Positions 30,295-42,476 of a DNA stretch of 64,000 nucleotides are shown here, one piece after another; the first letter of the stretch is position 1; every line of letters begins with the position of its first letter. A program made the position numbers and the translations under genes. Source of the DNA: the human T2T-CHM13v2.0 reference genome, Homo sapiens. The stretch lies in NCBI RefSeq assembly GCF_009914755.1, contig NC_060945.1, one strand, 5' to 3'. The notes under the pieces are model-generated. The model saw only the letters and a program-made list of their open reading frames with translations. It was not told the DNA's origin and searched no databases.

Positions 30295-30520
30295 AATAAT
30301 ACCTTATTTGTCTACTATATAGCAGTTGACAGTTTTTAGAGCATTTTATTTGATCCTGACAACATCTGTGTGAAGAATATGGAGACAGTGTTATGCTTCT
30401 GGGGAAAAACATGAGGGCTTTAGATATTAACCAGTCCTGACTGAAAACCACTAAATTAATGGCAAGAACCCAAAATATTATATGGCTTTGCTGAGTAAAT
30501 GTGTTGCTCTTTGCTCTGAA
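30295..30520 (-). mobile_element. MIR remnant
   Basis: ttttatttgatcctgacaacatctgtgtgaag...aaacatgagggctttaga. Confidence 0.5.
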
Positions 30521-31039
30521 ACATTATTCCTATTTCTTTTTTTTAATATTTATTTCTATTTTATAGCATGTCTACTACAGGTGAGTAGAGTTTTGTTTGA
30601 ATAAACCAAAATAGGATATTAGAAATGCCTATCACGCTCAAAACAATGATAAGATTCTGTTTATTTCATGAAGTTTCCATTAATAATTAGAATAAATTTT
30701 TACACATACATGTGTAAAATATATACATACGTGAAAAATACATGTATGTATGAAAAACAGATCTGGACCTTCAATTGAGGGAAATATCTATGAAGAGAAA
30801 ATATTTTTTGAAATTTTATATTATTCAGAAAGTTTAGATAGCACATGATTTTTAAAATTACAGGATCTTTATTACAGTATTATATGACATACAGCAATAC
30901 ACTGCAGAAGAGAATTATTAAACACTTCAAAACATTCATAACTGTTTGCCTCAGAAAAAATATTTTCAAGTTCATCCTCTTCCAGAATGCTTAAATATTT
31001 CTACAATTTATTTAATTCATATCAGAGTAATGTGGGCAC

Positions 31040-31222
31040 TTTCTATCACATGGTCAACTTACTGAATCTATTGAAACTTCAGATTCCTCATCTGCAAAAC
31101 AGAGATATCAGTGCAACTCCCCAGGGCTATGATGAAAAGTGAAGGAGGGAATGCATGAAAAGTTCTGAGCACTATGCCTTTGCCATTGTAAGCACTTGAT
31201 CAATGGTAGTTGCTGTTGTTAT
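31040..31222 (+). mobile_element. MIR
   Basis: cttcagattcctcatctgcaaaac...gtaagcacttgatcaatggtagttg. Confidence 0.75.
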
Positions 31223-31721
31223 ACTTACTAGATTTTTATAATTTGTTCCCCTTTCAAAGTTACAAAATAAATAATATTCTGATATTGCAACTCTTTTTTT
31301 AATGATCAAAGCACATGCCTGAGTATCAAATATTCCTCCGTGATTTACAACTATTTTCCTGTCTCTTGGACAGGTAATTTGAAATCATACTCTAGAATTG
31401 TTTTTAAATGCTTGCTCTAGTGTATTTAACACATATAGATTTTTTTATCCTCTTTGTATTGCAAATGCATTTTCTCTCTAAAATTAACTTCAGGCTTCCT
31501 TTTCTTTCCTTTGGGTAGAATGAAGTAAAGATAAAAGTAAGTTCTGAAATAATAAATGTCGTCCCAGTATGTACTCCAAGCTATAAAGAAAATTATAAAT
31601 ATAGAGAACATAAAAAAGGCAAAATGAGATGGTCAAAATAAATTCTATCATATCAAAAACTCAATACATATAAATATGAATATATTTCCTAGGTAACAAA
31701 AACATTGGAACTTTCGAATTT

Positions 31722-32050
31722 TCTGTTGGGTTTTCTCAGAAGCAGACCATGAGAAAAGGATTTGAGTACATGTAATTTATTTGGTGTTTGCATGAATACA
31801 AGTAGGAAAGTATGGAATGAGAAAGAAGCCAATAAAAAGATGCATTTAATTGCTCTTATAGATGTCAAGTTAATTCTAAAGGAAACCTTTGGGAAACTAT
31901 GCAAAACATACATATCAGAATTTGCTCCTAAAGGGCTGAGGGGGCTGGAGTACACAGACAACCACTTTGCAAAGTCAGTCACTGAGGGTTTCTTCGAAGC
32001 TGGGTTTGGAGAGTGGGTATTTCATTCCCTGTATCCAGCAAAGAAACTTT
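31722..32050 (-). mobile_element. Old ERVL LTR (LTR16-like) fragment
   Basis: ttgggttttctcagaagcagaccatgagaaaaggatttgagtacatgtaatttatttgg. Confidence 0.6.
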
Positions 32051-32116
32051 TAGTTTTTATCGATATATTATAGTGGTAGTGCATGTCTTCTGATGCTGAA
32101 TTTGCTACATTAGCTA

Positions 32117-32118
<2 letters not shown>

Positions 32119-32148
<30 letters not shown>
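32119..32148. repeat. (GT)15 microsatellite
   Basis: Perfect dinucleotide run. Confidence 0.98.
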
Positions 32149-32150
<2 letters not shown>

Positions 32151-32159
32151 TCTAAAAGG

Positions 32160-32720
32160 GTGTATTTATATGTCATTCACAGTAGAGACAAACAACACAC
32201 CCAGAAGATAATACAACCAAAATTTAAAAATTAAAGATGGAATATACACAGAAAAAAAATTACCAGGCAGTTAATAATAGCTAAATAGCAAGAAAGCAAA
32301 CAAAATACTAGTATAAAGAGTATTAAAATATCTCGAACTGAAAATTCAATATGCCAGATTTTAAAAACATTCCAAATTTCATGTATCTAACACTATAGTT
32401 TCAAAATATGTAAAGAAAGATGAAAATACAAGGAATTATTGGCTAATCCACCATCTTATTGGGTGGTTTTAGCACACCTTATACAGCGATTGACAGAAAA
32501 AGTAGACAAATTTAGTGAAGCTATAGAAAAAGTGAAGACACTATAAATAAAATTCAGCTAATAAATAACCACTATAACTATATAGATACCAATACATATT
32601 ATATTTATACATTACTAAGTTTATATATATATACTGATCTGCCTATGTCTCAAGTTAAAATTCTCATTCTCAAAAAACATTCAATTAAATTATTGTATTT
32701 AAAAAAGAGATAAAATTGAT
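32160..32720 (+). mobile_element. Old L1M ORF2 endonuclease-region remnant
   Basis: atgtatctaacactatagtttcaaaatatgtaaag...ggttttagcacacct..gattgacagaaaaagtagacaaa (decayed YAPN and GDFNTPL..DR motifs). Confidence 0.65.
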
Positions 32721-33019
32721 TCAAGGGTAAGAATGCTGCCATTTTTGGGGAAGTCTAAAGAGTTCTGAAGAAAATGTAAACAATGACAATGTATATAAAT
32801 AAAATATAAAACAACAAAGAATAAAAATTAACAGAGCAAGTCTTTGCAGCATTACATTGTCAAAATTAGAGTTAACAGAAACTATTTCATACACTTTTTA
32901 ATAGTGGATAAGACGTTTGAAGCAATGAAACCCATATGATATTTGAACCCAGGTTATCATATCTTAGTCTCATCCCAAACAGTTACAGTTTATGTCAAAT
33001 GAAATTACAGCGAAAAATA

Positions 33020-33260
33020 TTATATGAGACATTGGTCTGGAAGACAATGGATCTGATTCAATCTGACAATTACCAGGATTTTATCAGCAGAATTGTCTCT
33101 TGATCTGGAAAGGAAAACATATTCTCGTTTTATTCATTAGTCTCTCTGGAATGGCTTCATCAGCATGATTATGTAAACCTGGTCTGGATCCAAATTATAG
33201 AATGCACCGGACTGTGTTTCAAGAAATAGATGGTCTCAGATTTTGCCAATGTTGTAGGCT
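33020..33260 (+). mobile_element. Possible L3/CR1 remnant
   Basis: Weak similarity to the CR1 RT 3' region. Confidence 0.3.
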
Positions 33261-34200
33261 AAAGACTTTTGATACTAGAACCATGCCATTATTAAGATAT
33301 ATGTAATTTTTGAAGAAAATTTTTATTCTTGGGTAACAAGAAGATGTTTCTAAGCAGATTAAATTTTATAACTAATGTAGTATTAAGAGAGGAGTACTTA
33401 TATATCCATGAAGTGAATTCACACAGGATTTCATCAGGACATGTAATCAAAATAATTAAGATACTATCTGTAAATTAGGATTTGAGACACAAATCCTTAG
33501 GATTCTGAGATACAAAATCATTTGAAATACAAAATGAGTGAGAACCTGAAAGGAAATGGAAGTAGAGCAAGCAACATATAAAGCAAGTAATTTGTATTGG
33601 TAAAAATATCAATGGGCTTTACTATCATTAGTAAAATTGGCCAAAAAATATTTTAATGTATTTTTAATAAAATCAAAGTAAAGATTGACAATGAACAGAA
33701 GCAAAAACAAAACTCTTATGTTATACTGGAAAGGTCATCCTTATATTTGGTGATGAGCAATTTTCAATTTTCTTTACATGGATTGAAGAAAAAAATGTAC
33801 TTACATTTGTAAAATAATTGGTGGTAGAAATTATGTGATTTCTCTATGTTAGAGAAAATAATATATTTTATATTCATTATATAATGTGTGATATAATTTG
33901 ATTGTGTTACATATCATTAAAATAACATAATTCTTTAGTCAATATTATTTAGAAACTTTGCTGTACTTTTCTGTTTAATTATCATATAATCATGCAGCTC
34001 ATTCATACAGAGTTAAGAGTGATTGTCAATTTTAAAACTTACCAAATATACATCAAAAAATTTGTGAATATAATTTGAAACAAAACAAATATTTTACTCT
34101 ACAGTTGTATATAATTTGGTATAAAATTACCTTTTGGGAGAAAGATATTTTTCCTCACCATATTAATTTCACAAAGAACTAGTACTCATATGGATTCCAA

Positions 34201-34270
34201 TTTTCTTTTTCTTTTAGAGACAGGGTCTCACTTTGTTGTCCAGGCTGGAGTGCAGTGGAGTGCAGGTCAC
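34201..34270 (-). mobile_element. Short Alu 3' fragment (J-type)
   Basis: gagacagggtctcactttgttgtccaggctggagtgcagtgg. Confidence 0.85.
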
Positions 34271-34786
34271 ACTGATACTGAATGTTGATAGTGAATTCAC
34301 AAGGATACTTATGAAATAGCCTAAAAAATTAGGCAATGAACATAGAAAAAGGAAAGTTGGGTTGCTTTAGGGACTGTCAACTTGGAGGATATGCATCCTA
34401 GAAGAAAGTGAAAAGAAAAAACAGTAGAAAAAAATGTTAACAATGGTGTAACCTGATATGCAGATTTTTGCTTCAGCAAATCACAGTATATATGAAATGT
34501 GTAGAGTAGTCAGAATAATGCATCCATAAGATCCAACCCCGGATGACTCTTCCTTTCTCATGATCTACTCAACAATCTGCCCACCCTTTGTAACCTGTAC
34601 ACAATGTCTTAATAGTTCATCTTTGTTACTGTTTCTTATCCACTGTTAATGAGTCCTCACTAATGGTTTCCAAGACAGAGAAGCTAATAATATAATCGCA
34701 GCTGTAAAATACTTTCTCTGGCTTGCATAAAAATTATTGTATAGAATTATGGAACTTGGTGACTTTTCCTCTGTAATGCTGGCAAG

Positions 34787-34849
34787 ATTATTAGATACAC
34801 AAGTATCTAATACGTGGCCATGAGACTAATCCTAGCTGTATCTAATAAT
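34787..34849. repeat. Inverted repeat with two alternative right arms
   Basis: tattagatac-acaa-gtatctaata (10-bp stem) and attattagataca / tgtatctaataat (13-bp perfect). Confidence 0.85.
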
Positions 34850-35459
34850 TTCAAATATGACAGGTGTTCTTCAAGTCGAATTGTTAGAAACTATTTTCTT
34901 AAATTAAAAATGTAGCTGTACATTCTGGCAAGAAACACATATTCTGGCAAAGTGAGCCTATTCACTGTTAGAACCAGAGTCCTACACACTATAGGAATGT
35001 GTAGATACACATCTTAGGATATTGAATTGCTTAGTATTCTTCACATTAGGGAAGATTCGTAACTTAATCATGTTTGCCAGTTAAAATTGGAAAATTGTTC
35101 TGGGTAGAGGGGAGGTTAGACACAAGCCTGCCTTACAGGTTTCTGGAGCCATAAGGGACAGCACTTGTACGGCATAAAACCCTAAGCCTAGAATTTAATT
35201 TACAATGATCACATGTGGTTAATCCCCATAGATGCTAAGCAGATGCACTTTCAAGCTCTGCCTGTAGGAAAGCAAGACATCTGTCATTATTTTGTTATAA
35301 GGTAAGAGGGGTGAGGGATCAAGATAGAGCAGAGAACATTTAATTGAAGACAATACACTTCAGAATTAAAATTATGTCTAGTAATAATATTTGGATACTT
35401 TTATTCACAATTAAACTGATTTGAAGCAATTAGACAAGATGCCTGCTAAGACTTCTTTA

Positions 35460-36095
35460 ATAAACTTTATGTTAACAGAATTTTGGATATACAGAAAGGC
35501 TGCAAGGTGAGTAGAGAGAGCTCCCAGTCTCCACTGCCACTAACATCGTGCATTAGTAAGATCATTTGTCACAATTAATCAAACATTATTGAATTTCTCA
35601 TTAAATACAGTCAATATTGTGTTCACATGTTTATCATTTTTAATCTCTTGTTCTTTCAGTCAATATTATGTTCACATGTTTATCATTTTTAATCTCGTTC
35701 TTTCTTCTGTTCTAGTATCCCGTCCAGGTTGCCATACTTCATTTAATGACCATTATCTCCTTAGGCACCGCTAGAAGATGAGTGTGTCTCAGACATTCCT
35801 TGCTTTTGATGATCTTGACAGTTTTGAGGAGTACTAGTCAGATATTTTGTAAACTCTCCATCAATTCAGATTCATCTGGTGTTCTTCTTATGATTAGACT
35901 AGGATTTTTGAGAAAAACATCACAAAGGTAAAGTGCCATGTTTATCATACCACCAACATGATATCATTTTTTTATGCTATCCTTGATCACCCGGCTGAGA
36001 GAGTGCTTGTAACATTACTTTTCTCTTCCTCTTTTTTATATCATGCCTTTTAGAGGTAAGTCACTAGGCACAGCCCAACATTTTAAGGGGTGGAG
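35460..36095 (-). mobile_element. L1MC/L1MB-type 3' UTR end
   Basis: catttgtcacaattaatcaaaca...gatgatcttgacagttttgaggagtactagtcagatattttgta. Confidence 0.8.
35608..35703. repeat. 49/47-bp tandem duplication
   Basis: cagtcaatatt(g/a)tgttcacatgtttatcatttttaatctc(tt)gttcttt x2. Confidence 0.92.
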
Positions 36096-36827
36096 ACCTT
36101 AAGTCTTTCAAGTTAATTATATTAGCAAGGACACCAACAGCTCGATATGCGGAGCCTTTGATTGTACAATTAATAAGCAACTCCCAGGACACCAAACCTA
36201 CATTCACCCCCCAGGAAGATATTCTCCAATATCCTCTTACTCTGACCAGGGCAAATTACTATACAAGGAAAATTTCCCAGGGGGACAGCCAAAATGCACT
36301 CAGGACCATGAATAAGGGAATTAATTCTGAGGTGCGGTGTCCTGCTTAGTGACATTTGTTAAATACTTTGAACAAGGCCTATCATTTCCTCTTCCGCCTT
36401 TTGCAAATCAGATTTTTATTGTTATTCTATTCCAAATTCAATGGTTTTTGACATGGGGAGTGTAAACTTGTCTTTTAGTTATCTAAACTAAGTGTCCATA
36501 TTGGAACTTGCAGTATATTATCCATTGTTCATTAACATTTAATGACATTGTAATTTAGTAGGGAAGGGTTCTTTGTTTTGTTTTTGTTTGTTTATTTTTT
36601 GCTGGAGATGGGAAGAGTTTGTATCATTTGTGAGAAGCGAGCGCATGGATATTTGGCCACAGAAATCAATGCAAAAATAAAGGACATTGTCACCATCTGT
36701 TCTTTCACAGTAACAGAACTTTTATTCTGCACACAGTATTGCCCAGAAAAAAAAAAAAAATCACATTCTTTTCACTTCTAAGGAATTAGGTGTGTTCATG
36801 GAATGAAATTCTCTTCAATAAGAGATG

Positions 36828-37570
36828 TACGCTGGTGGGAATGTAAATTGCTACAGCCACACAAAAAACAGTAGAGAAATTTCTCAAAAAAAATGAAAAT
36901 AAAACTATCATGTGATCCAACAACCCTTCTCCTGGATATACATACAAAAGAAATGACATCAGTATTTTGGAGAGATATCTACATTCTCATGTTTATTATA
37001 GCATTGTTCACAACAGCTAAGATATGAAAGCAAAGTGTTCATCAACGGATGAATGAATTTAGAAAATGTGGTGCATATGCATAATGGAATAGTATTCAGC
37101 CTTTAAAAAGAAGGAAATCCTGCCATTTGAAACAATGTAGATGAACCTGAGGACACTATGTTAAGTGAAATAAGCCAGGCACAGAAAGAAAAATCTTGTA
37201 TGGTCTCACTTACATTTGAAAGATTAAAAAGTTGAACTTATAGAAGCAGAGTTAGAAGAGTGGTTAGGAGAGGCTGGGGATGGAGTGGGTTAGGGAGATG
37301 TTCATAGATAATACAAAATTTCCACTTAATACGAAGAATAAGTTTAAGAGATCTATTATACAACATGATTACTCTAGTTAATAATAATATATTGCAGCTT
37401 GAAAATGACTAAGGGAGAATTTGTGTTCTCACCACAAAAAATAAGTGTATGAGATAACGCATTTGTTAACTAGATTAATTTAGCCATTCTGCAATGTATA
37501 CATTTTCAAAACATAATGTTGTACATGATAAATATGTATAATATTTTCAATTAAATAAATAAATACAATG
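36828..37570 (+). mobile_element. L1MA-type 3' end (ORF2 terminus plus 3' UTR)
   Basis: gctggtgggaatgtaaattg...gttaagtgaaataagccaggcacagaaaga...aattaaataaataaa. Confidence 0.88.
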
Positions 37571-37779
37571 TTTTAAAAATGTAACATGTACAGTTTAAGG
37601 GTTAGGTCATAAACGAAAATAATTTAACTCCTACCTTGACTTCCCTGCCTTCTTTCTGTCTGCAATGGAGATGTATTTTTGAGTCATTTTTGAATATGTA
37701 AATTAAAAAGTCTGCATTTTTCATTTAAATGATTCAAGTTGAATTTATGTGGCTTGCAGCTTCTTTTCGATATCAATAA

Positions 37780-38305
37780 AATATTGTTTTGGCTATAACA
37801 GAATGCACAGCTAATTGTGACTCATAAAATAACCACATTCAGTTATCTCACATAACCAGAAGTCTAATTATGAGCTGTTTTGGATTGGTTCAGAGCCCCA
37901 GCAAGCCCTGGAGGACCCAGGTTCTTGCTCTCCATTCTTCTATCTTCCTTGTAGTGGCAATATCTTCCCTCATAGTATAAAGTGAAATGTCTTGTCTCTA
38001 AGAATTGTATCCAACTATGGCAGCATTTGAAGCAGGAAGGAAAAGAATGAAGAACAAAGTTTTCTTCTTTTAATACCTTCATTTATTAAAGTGGAAATAT
38101 TTTTCCAAATCCCTCACTACTCCAAATAGTCTTCCCTGAAAGCTCATGGAAGAGAACTGAGTCGTTTTGGTCACTCCTATTCAAAATAGTAAGAAGATAC
38201 ACTTCAACAATCTTCAGCCTCTGTCAGTCTCTGTTACAGAAGGTTGATTTTGGAAAGAAAAATACAAATGAGAAGGCAAATGGCTGCTAGGGAGACAAGT
38301 ATCTG
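37780..38305 (-). mobile_element. Old MaLR LTR (MLT1J/K-like)
   Basis: ttatctcacataaccagaagtc...ggacccaggttctt. Confidence 0.55.
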
Positions 38306-38444
38306 TTCCTATATTTTAGTGTACTTTTCTGTAAGAAAGTCCTTTATAGTTTAGATAGCCAAATAAATGGGAAAATGTCAAATGAAGATGATGACTCCTC
38401 ATTTTTACAAATTCCCTGAAACTTCCCTTTCTATATACTCAAAA

Positions 38445-39628
38445 GATGAAGTTTGGTGTACAGACAATTCCATCACCCAGGAAGTGAGCATAGTATCTAA
38501 TAGGTAGGTTTTCAGCCCACACCCCCTCCCTCCTTTTCCCTTCTAGTAAATCCCAGTGTCTATTGTTACCATCTTTTTGTCCATGTGTATTCAATGTCTA
38601 GCTCCCATTTATAAGTGAGAATATGTGGTATTTGGTTTTCCATTCCTTCATTAATTCACTTAGGATAATGGCCTCCAGCTGCAACCATGTTGCTGCAAAG
38701 GACACGACTTCATTTTTTATGGCTGTTTAGTATTCCATAGTGTATATGTGCCATATTTTCTTTATCCAATCCATCTTGGATGAGTATCTAGGTTGATTCT
38801 ACGTCTTTGCTATTGTGAATACTGCTGTGATGAACATACGGGTTCATGTGTCTTTTTGATAGAACTATTTTTCTTTGGGTTTATACTCAATAATGGGATT
38901 GCTAGAGCAAATGGTGGTTCTGTTTTAAGTTCTTTGTGAAGCCTCCAGACTGCTTTTACAGTGGCTGAATTCATTTACATTCCCATCAACAGTATATAAG
39001 TGTTCCCTTTTCTCCACAGCCTGGCCAGCATGTTATTTTTTGACTTCTTAATAATCACCACTCTAACTGGTGTGAGATGGTAGCTCACTGTGGTTTTGAA
39101 TTGCATTTCTTTTATGATTAGTAATGTTGAGCATTTTTGCATATGTTGATTGGCTGCCTATATATCTTCTTTTGAGAAATGTCTTTTGCCCATTTTAGAA
39201 TTTGGTTACTTGGTTTTTGCTTGTTGATTTGTTTAAATTCCTTGCAGATTCTGGATATTAGACTTTTGTTGGATGCATAGTTTGCAAATATTTTATCCCA
39301 TACCATAAACTGTCTGTTTACTCTGTTGATAATTTATTTTGCTGTGCAGAAGCTCCTTAGTATAATTCGGTCTTCTTTGTCAATTTTGTTTTCGTTGCAA
39401 TTGCTTTTGGGGACTTGGCCATTAATTATTTATCAAAGCTGATGTCAAGTGGGCATTTCCTTGGTTTTCTTTTATGAATTTTTGTAGTTTGAGGTCTTAC
39501 ATTTAATTCTTTAACCCATCTTGAGTTAATTTTTGCATATGGTGAAAGTTAGGGTTCCAGTTTCAATCTTCTGCATGTTGCTAGCCAGTTATTCCAGCAC
39601 CATCTATTGAATAGGGAGTCCTTTCCCT
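38445..39628 (-). mobile_element. L1PA15/16-like 3' portion
   Basis: catcacccaggaagtgagcatagta...ctagctcccatttataagtgagaatatgtggtatttgg; the 39118-39306 ORF is decayed ORF2 (WDKIFANYASNKSLISRI). Confidence 0.88.
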
Positions 39629-39778
39629 ATACAGTAACATGATGTGCAGGTTTGTAGTCTAGGAGCAATAGTTCATACCATGTAGCCTAGGTGTGTAGTA
39701 AGATGTATCATATGGGTTTGTGTTGGTACACTCTGTGATGTTTGCGCAACAATGAAATCCCTAATGATGCATTTAGTA
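39629..39778. mobile_element. Tigger3 (MER7) fragment
   Basis: cagtaacatg..gtgcaggtttgtagtctaggagcaatag..taccatgtagcctaggtgtgtagt. Confidence 0.8.
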
Positions 39779-39824
39779 TATGAATACTAAGGCAGGTCTT
39801 AAAAATTATATATTTAATAAACAA

Positions 39825-40292
39825 TGTACCTAACAGGGTTTCTATAAGAACCAGATGGCATAGTCAAATTTGAAGTTTGGGCACAGTTTATTGGATGCAA
39901 ACAAGGCATATATGACTGTTCTGTGACCTGAGCTCGGTAGCAGTCGAGAGACACCAAACCACAACCCTTGAGGAAAGGAAGCAGTGATAATAACCTGATA
40001 GACGAAAATTATGGAATGGAGGTTCCCTTGAGAGCAGCAGTGACAATGAATTAATTGCACAGTTCAAATCAACCTCACAGAAAAGGAAATCAGGGGAATG
40101 AATACCCTGACCTACTATCTTCCCTCTTTTTTCCTCTAACTCACAGCATCTAGTAGACTGAGCCAAACTAGAACAGCAGGACACAAGGGAGCCCATTGAT
40201 CCATATATTAGAGGTCAGCTTCATGTAGTAGATAACAGAGTTGAAAAGTCTGGAGAGTGAATCTAAAGGAGCAAAGGAAAGGTACCCTGCAA
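39825..40292 (-). mobile_element. LTR33-like ERVL solo LTR
   Basis: End ggagagtgaatctaaaggagcaaaggaaaggtaccctgca matches the LTR33 5' end reversed; TSD aacaa on both sides. Confidence 0.7.
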
Positions 40293-41236
40293 AACAAGCA
40301 AAACATCCCCATGGAAAGAAATTCAAAGGGAGAAACACATTTGTTTTGACACAAGCTCGGTATTTCAGTTCACTGATCTAGAGGTAGCCACAATAGGTAG
40401 CCAACATACAAACACTAAGAAAATTGCCTTTAGATTTTTGTTTTAACAGTAAGAGTTGATGGTTATAAGAAGTAAATGAACCTAGACAGAGAACACAGGA
40501 TTCGAGATATATCACTAGACTAGGGGTGCGTGGGTGGGGACGGGAAATACTATATTTGCAGGATTGGAAAGATCGTTGCTAAGTATTTGGATTTATATAT
40601 ATCAAATATGAACCAATTAATTGTATAGCAAGGCTTGCTTCAGGCCCATATTCTTTCACTGATGTAATTTAATTAGAATGATCTTGCTGATTCTTTAACT
40701 CTTGTTGTATGTTTTATCTCTTTATACCAACACATTATACCCTACCAAACTCAGAATCTTTTTTTTTCCTGTGATGGTTTAGAAGTTACACCTAGTTCTT
40801 CTACTCTCTTAGTTGTTACTTTTAACTTATATATCTAAATAAGTATTTTTATAATTACTGCTTCTAGCCCCTGGCTGTTAAATAAGACACTGTTAGCAAA
40901 TTTTAACCACTTAGGAAACACTTTTTCACATTGTCCTAATTGATTCTATTTAGAAATTAAATTCTAATGGTTTGGTCACTATTATTGTTTTCACACGTGA
41001 CAGTTAACTTGCTAATATATTTTGGTCTTTTATTGTAGTCATCTTTTTTGGCAGCATACTGCATTCATATAGGTTGCCATTTACCAAAATATGTCTTGCA
41101 GATTTAAAGTGAGGGGTGTGTGGTATGTGAGTCTTCTTCATAGTTACTTATCCACATCAATTATGAATGATGGTGCACCTGGATGGATAATTTTTGGTGA
41201 CATTTACCTTTTTTGATGTAATTCTTAAACTTTTTT

Positions 41237-41527
41237 GTTGTTGTTTTGAGATGGAGTCTCACTCTGTCGCCCAGGCTGCGGTGTAGTGGTGCAATCTCGG
41301 CTCATCGCAACCTCTGCCGCCCGGGTTCAAGCGATTCTCCTGCCTCAGCCTCCTGAGTAGCTGGGACTACAGGTGCCTGCCACCATGCCTGGCTAATTTT
41401 TATATTTTTAGTAGAGACGGGGTTTCACCATGTTGGCCAGGCTGATCTTGAACTCCTCATCTCGTGATTCACCCGCCTTGGTTTCCCAAAGTGCTGGGAT
41501 TACAGGCGTGAGCCACTGTGCTGGGCC
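41237..41527 (-). mobile_element. AluS (Sg/Sx3-like)
   Basis: Full dimer, ctcgtgat deletion motif; TSD aactttttt 41228-36 / 41528-36. Confidence 0.93.
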
Positions 41528-42153
41528 AACTTTTTTTCAGTGACCCTGCCATACATTAATGATTAAAAACTTACTGTCAATCTAATTAACATCTCTAAAA
41601 TTTCTTTTTCTTTTTATCTGGGAGTTCCTATAATTTTCCTTTTAATTATACCTGGTCTTCCATTTTACTGCAAAGGGCCTCAGAGTGGTTTTCTTTGTAG
41701 TTATATTTTGGCACTGTCAATCTGAGACTTCTTAGTATTTTAAAATGCTAAGAAAAACATAATTAATTTTTATCTTCATATACTGTTTCTTTGACATTTC
41801 CTCTATTATCCTGTGAAAATCCTACTAAATATGTGTCGCAGTTCCTAAATCTTCCTTATTTTTATTTTTTGGCAAATTACTTTTCTTGTGTTGCTTTCTG
41901 GGCAAATTCCTCAGAACTGTCTCTAGATGCACTCATTATTTCTTTACTATATGTGGCCTATAATTCCTTCCACTCATTAATTTTTTAATTCAATGACTAC
42001 ATTTTCTCATATTCCTGATAAGTCAATCTTATAACCACATGAATTTATTTAATATATGCCTTTTTATAATTTTTTCTTTTTATTAATGGGATTCCATGTT
42101 TTATCCCTATGAGATATCTAAAAAATTTATAATAAAGTCATTTTAAGTTTCAT

Positions 42154-42476
42154 TGTTATGATCTGAATGCTTGTCCTCCCCACCCCCGCAACCCATATTC
42201 AGATGGTGAAATCCTAACCCACAGCTATCATGACTGGGAAACATCCCTTTATAAGATAGGCCCAAGGGAGCTCTTTCACCCATTCCACTATGTGAGGACA
42301 CATATAGAAGGTATTGTTTTCATAAACCGAGAAAAGGGCCTTTGCCAAACACCAAATATGCTGGCACCTTGATCTTGGACTTCCCAGCCTCTAGCATTAT
42401 GAAAATACATTTCTGTCATTTATAAACTACTTGTTTTACGATGTTTTACTATAGCAGCCTAAAAGGACTAAAAAAT
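42154..42476 (+). mobile_element. MLT1A0-like MaLR LTR
   Basis: tgttatgatctgaatg...tgctggcaccttgatcttggacttcccagcctc...tatagcagcctaaaaggactaa. Confidence 0.85.

Noticed and set aside
30698-30719. Palindrome ttttacacat-ac-atgtgtaaaa
   Set aside because: It lies in low-complexity purine-pyrimidine alternating AT-rich sequence where such symmetry is expected.
31689-32073. Overlapping 97 and 103 aa ORFs
   Set aside because: They lie in an old ERVL LTR fragment, use a non-ATG start on the plus strand and show no recognisable domain.
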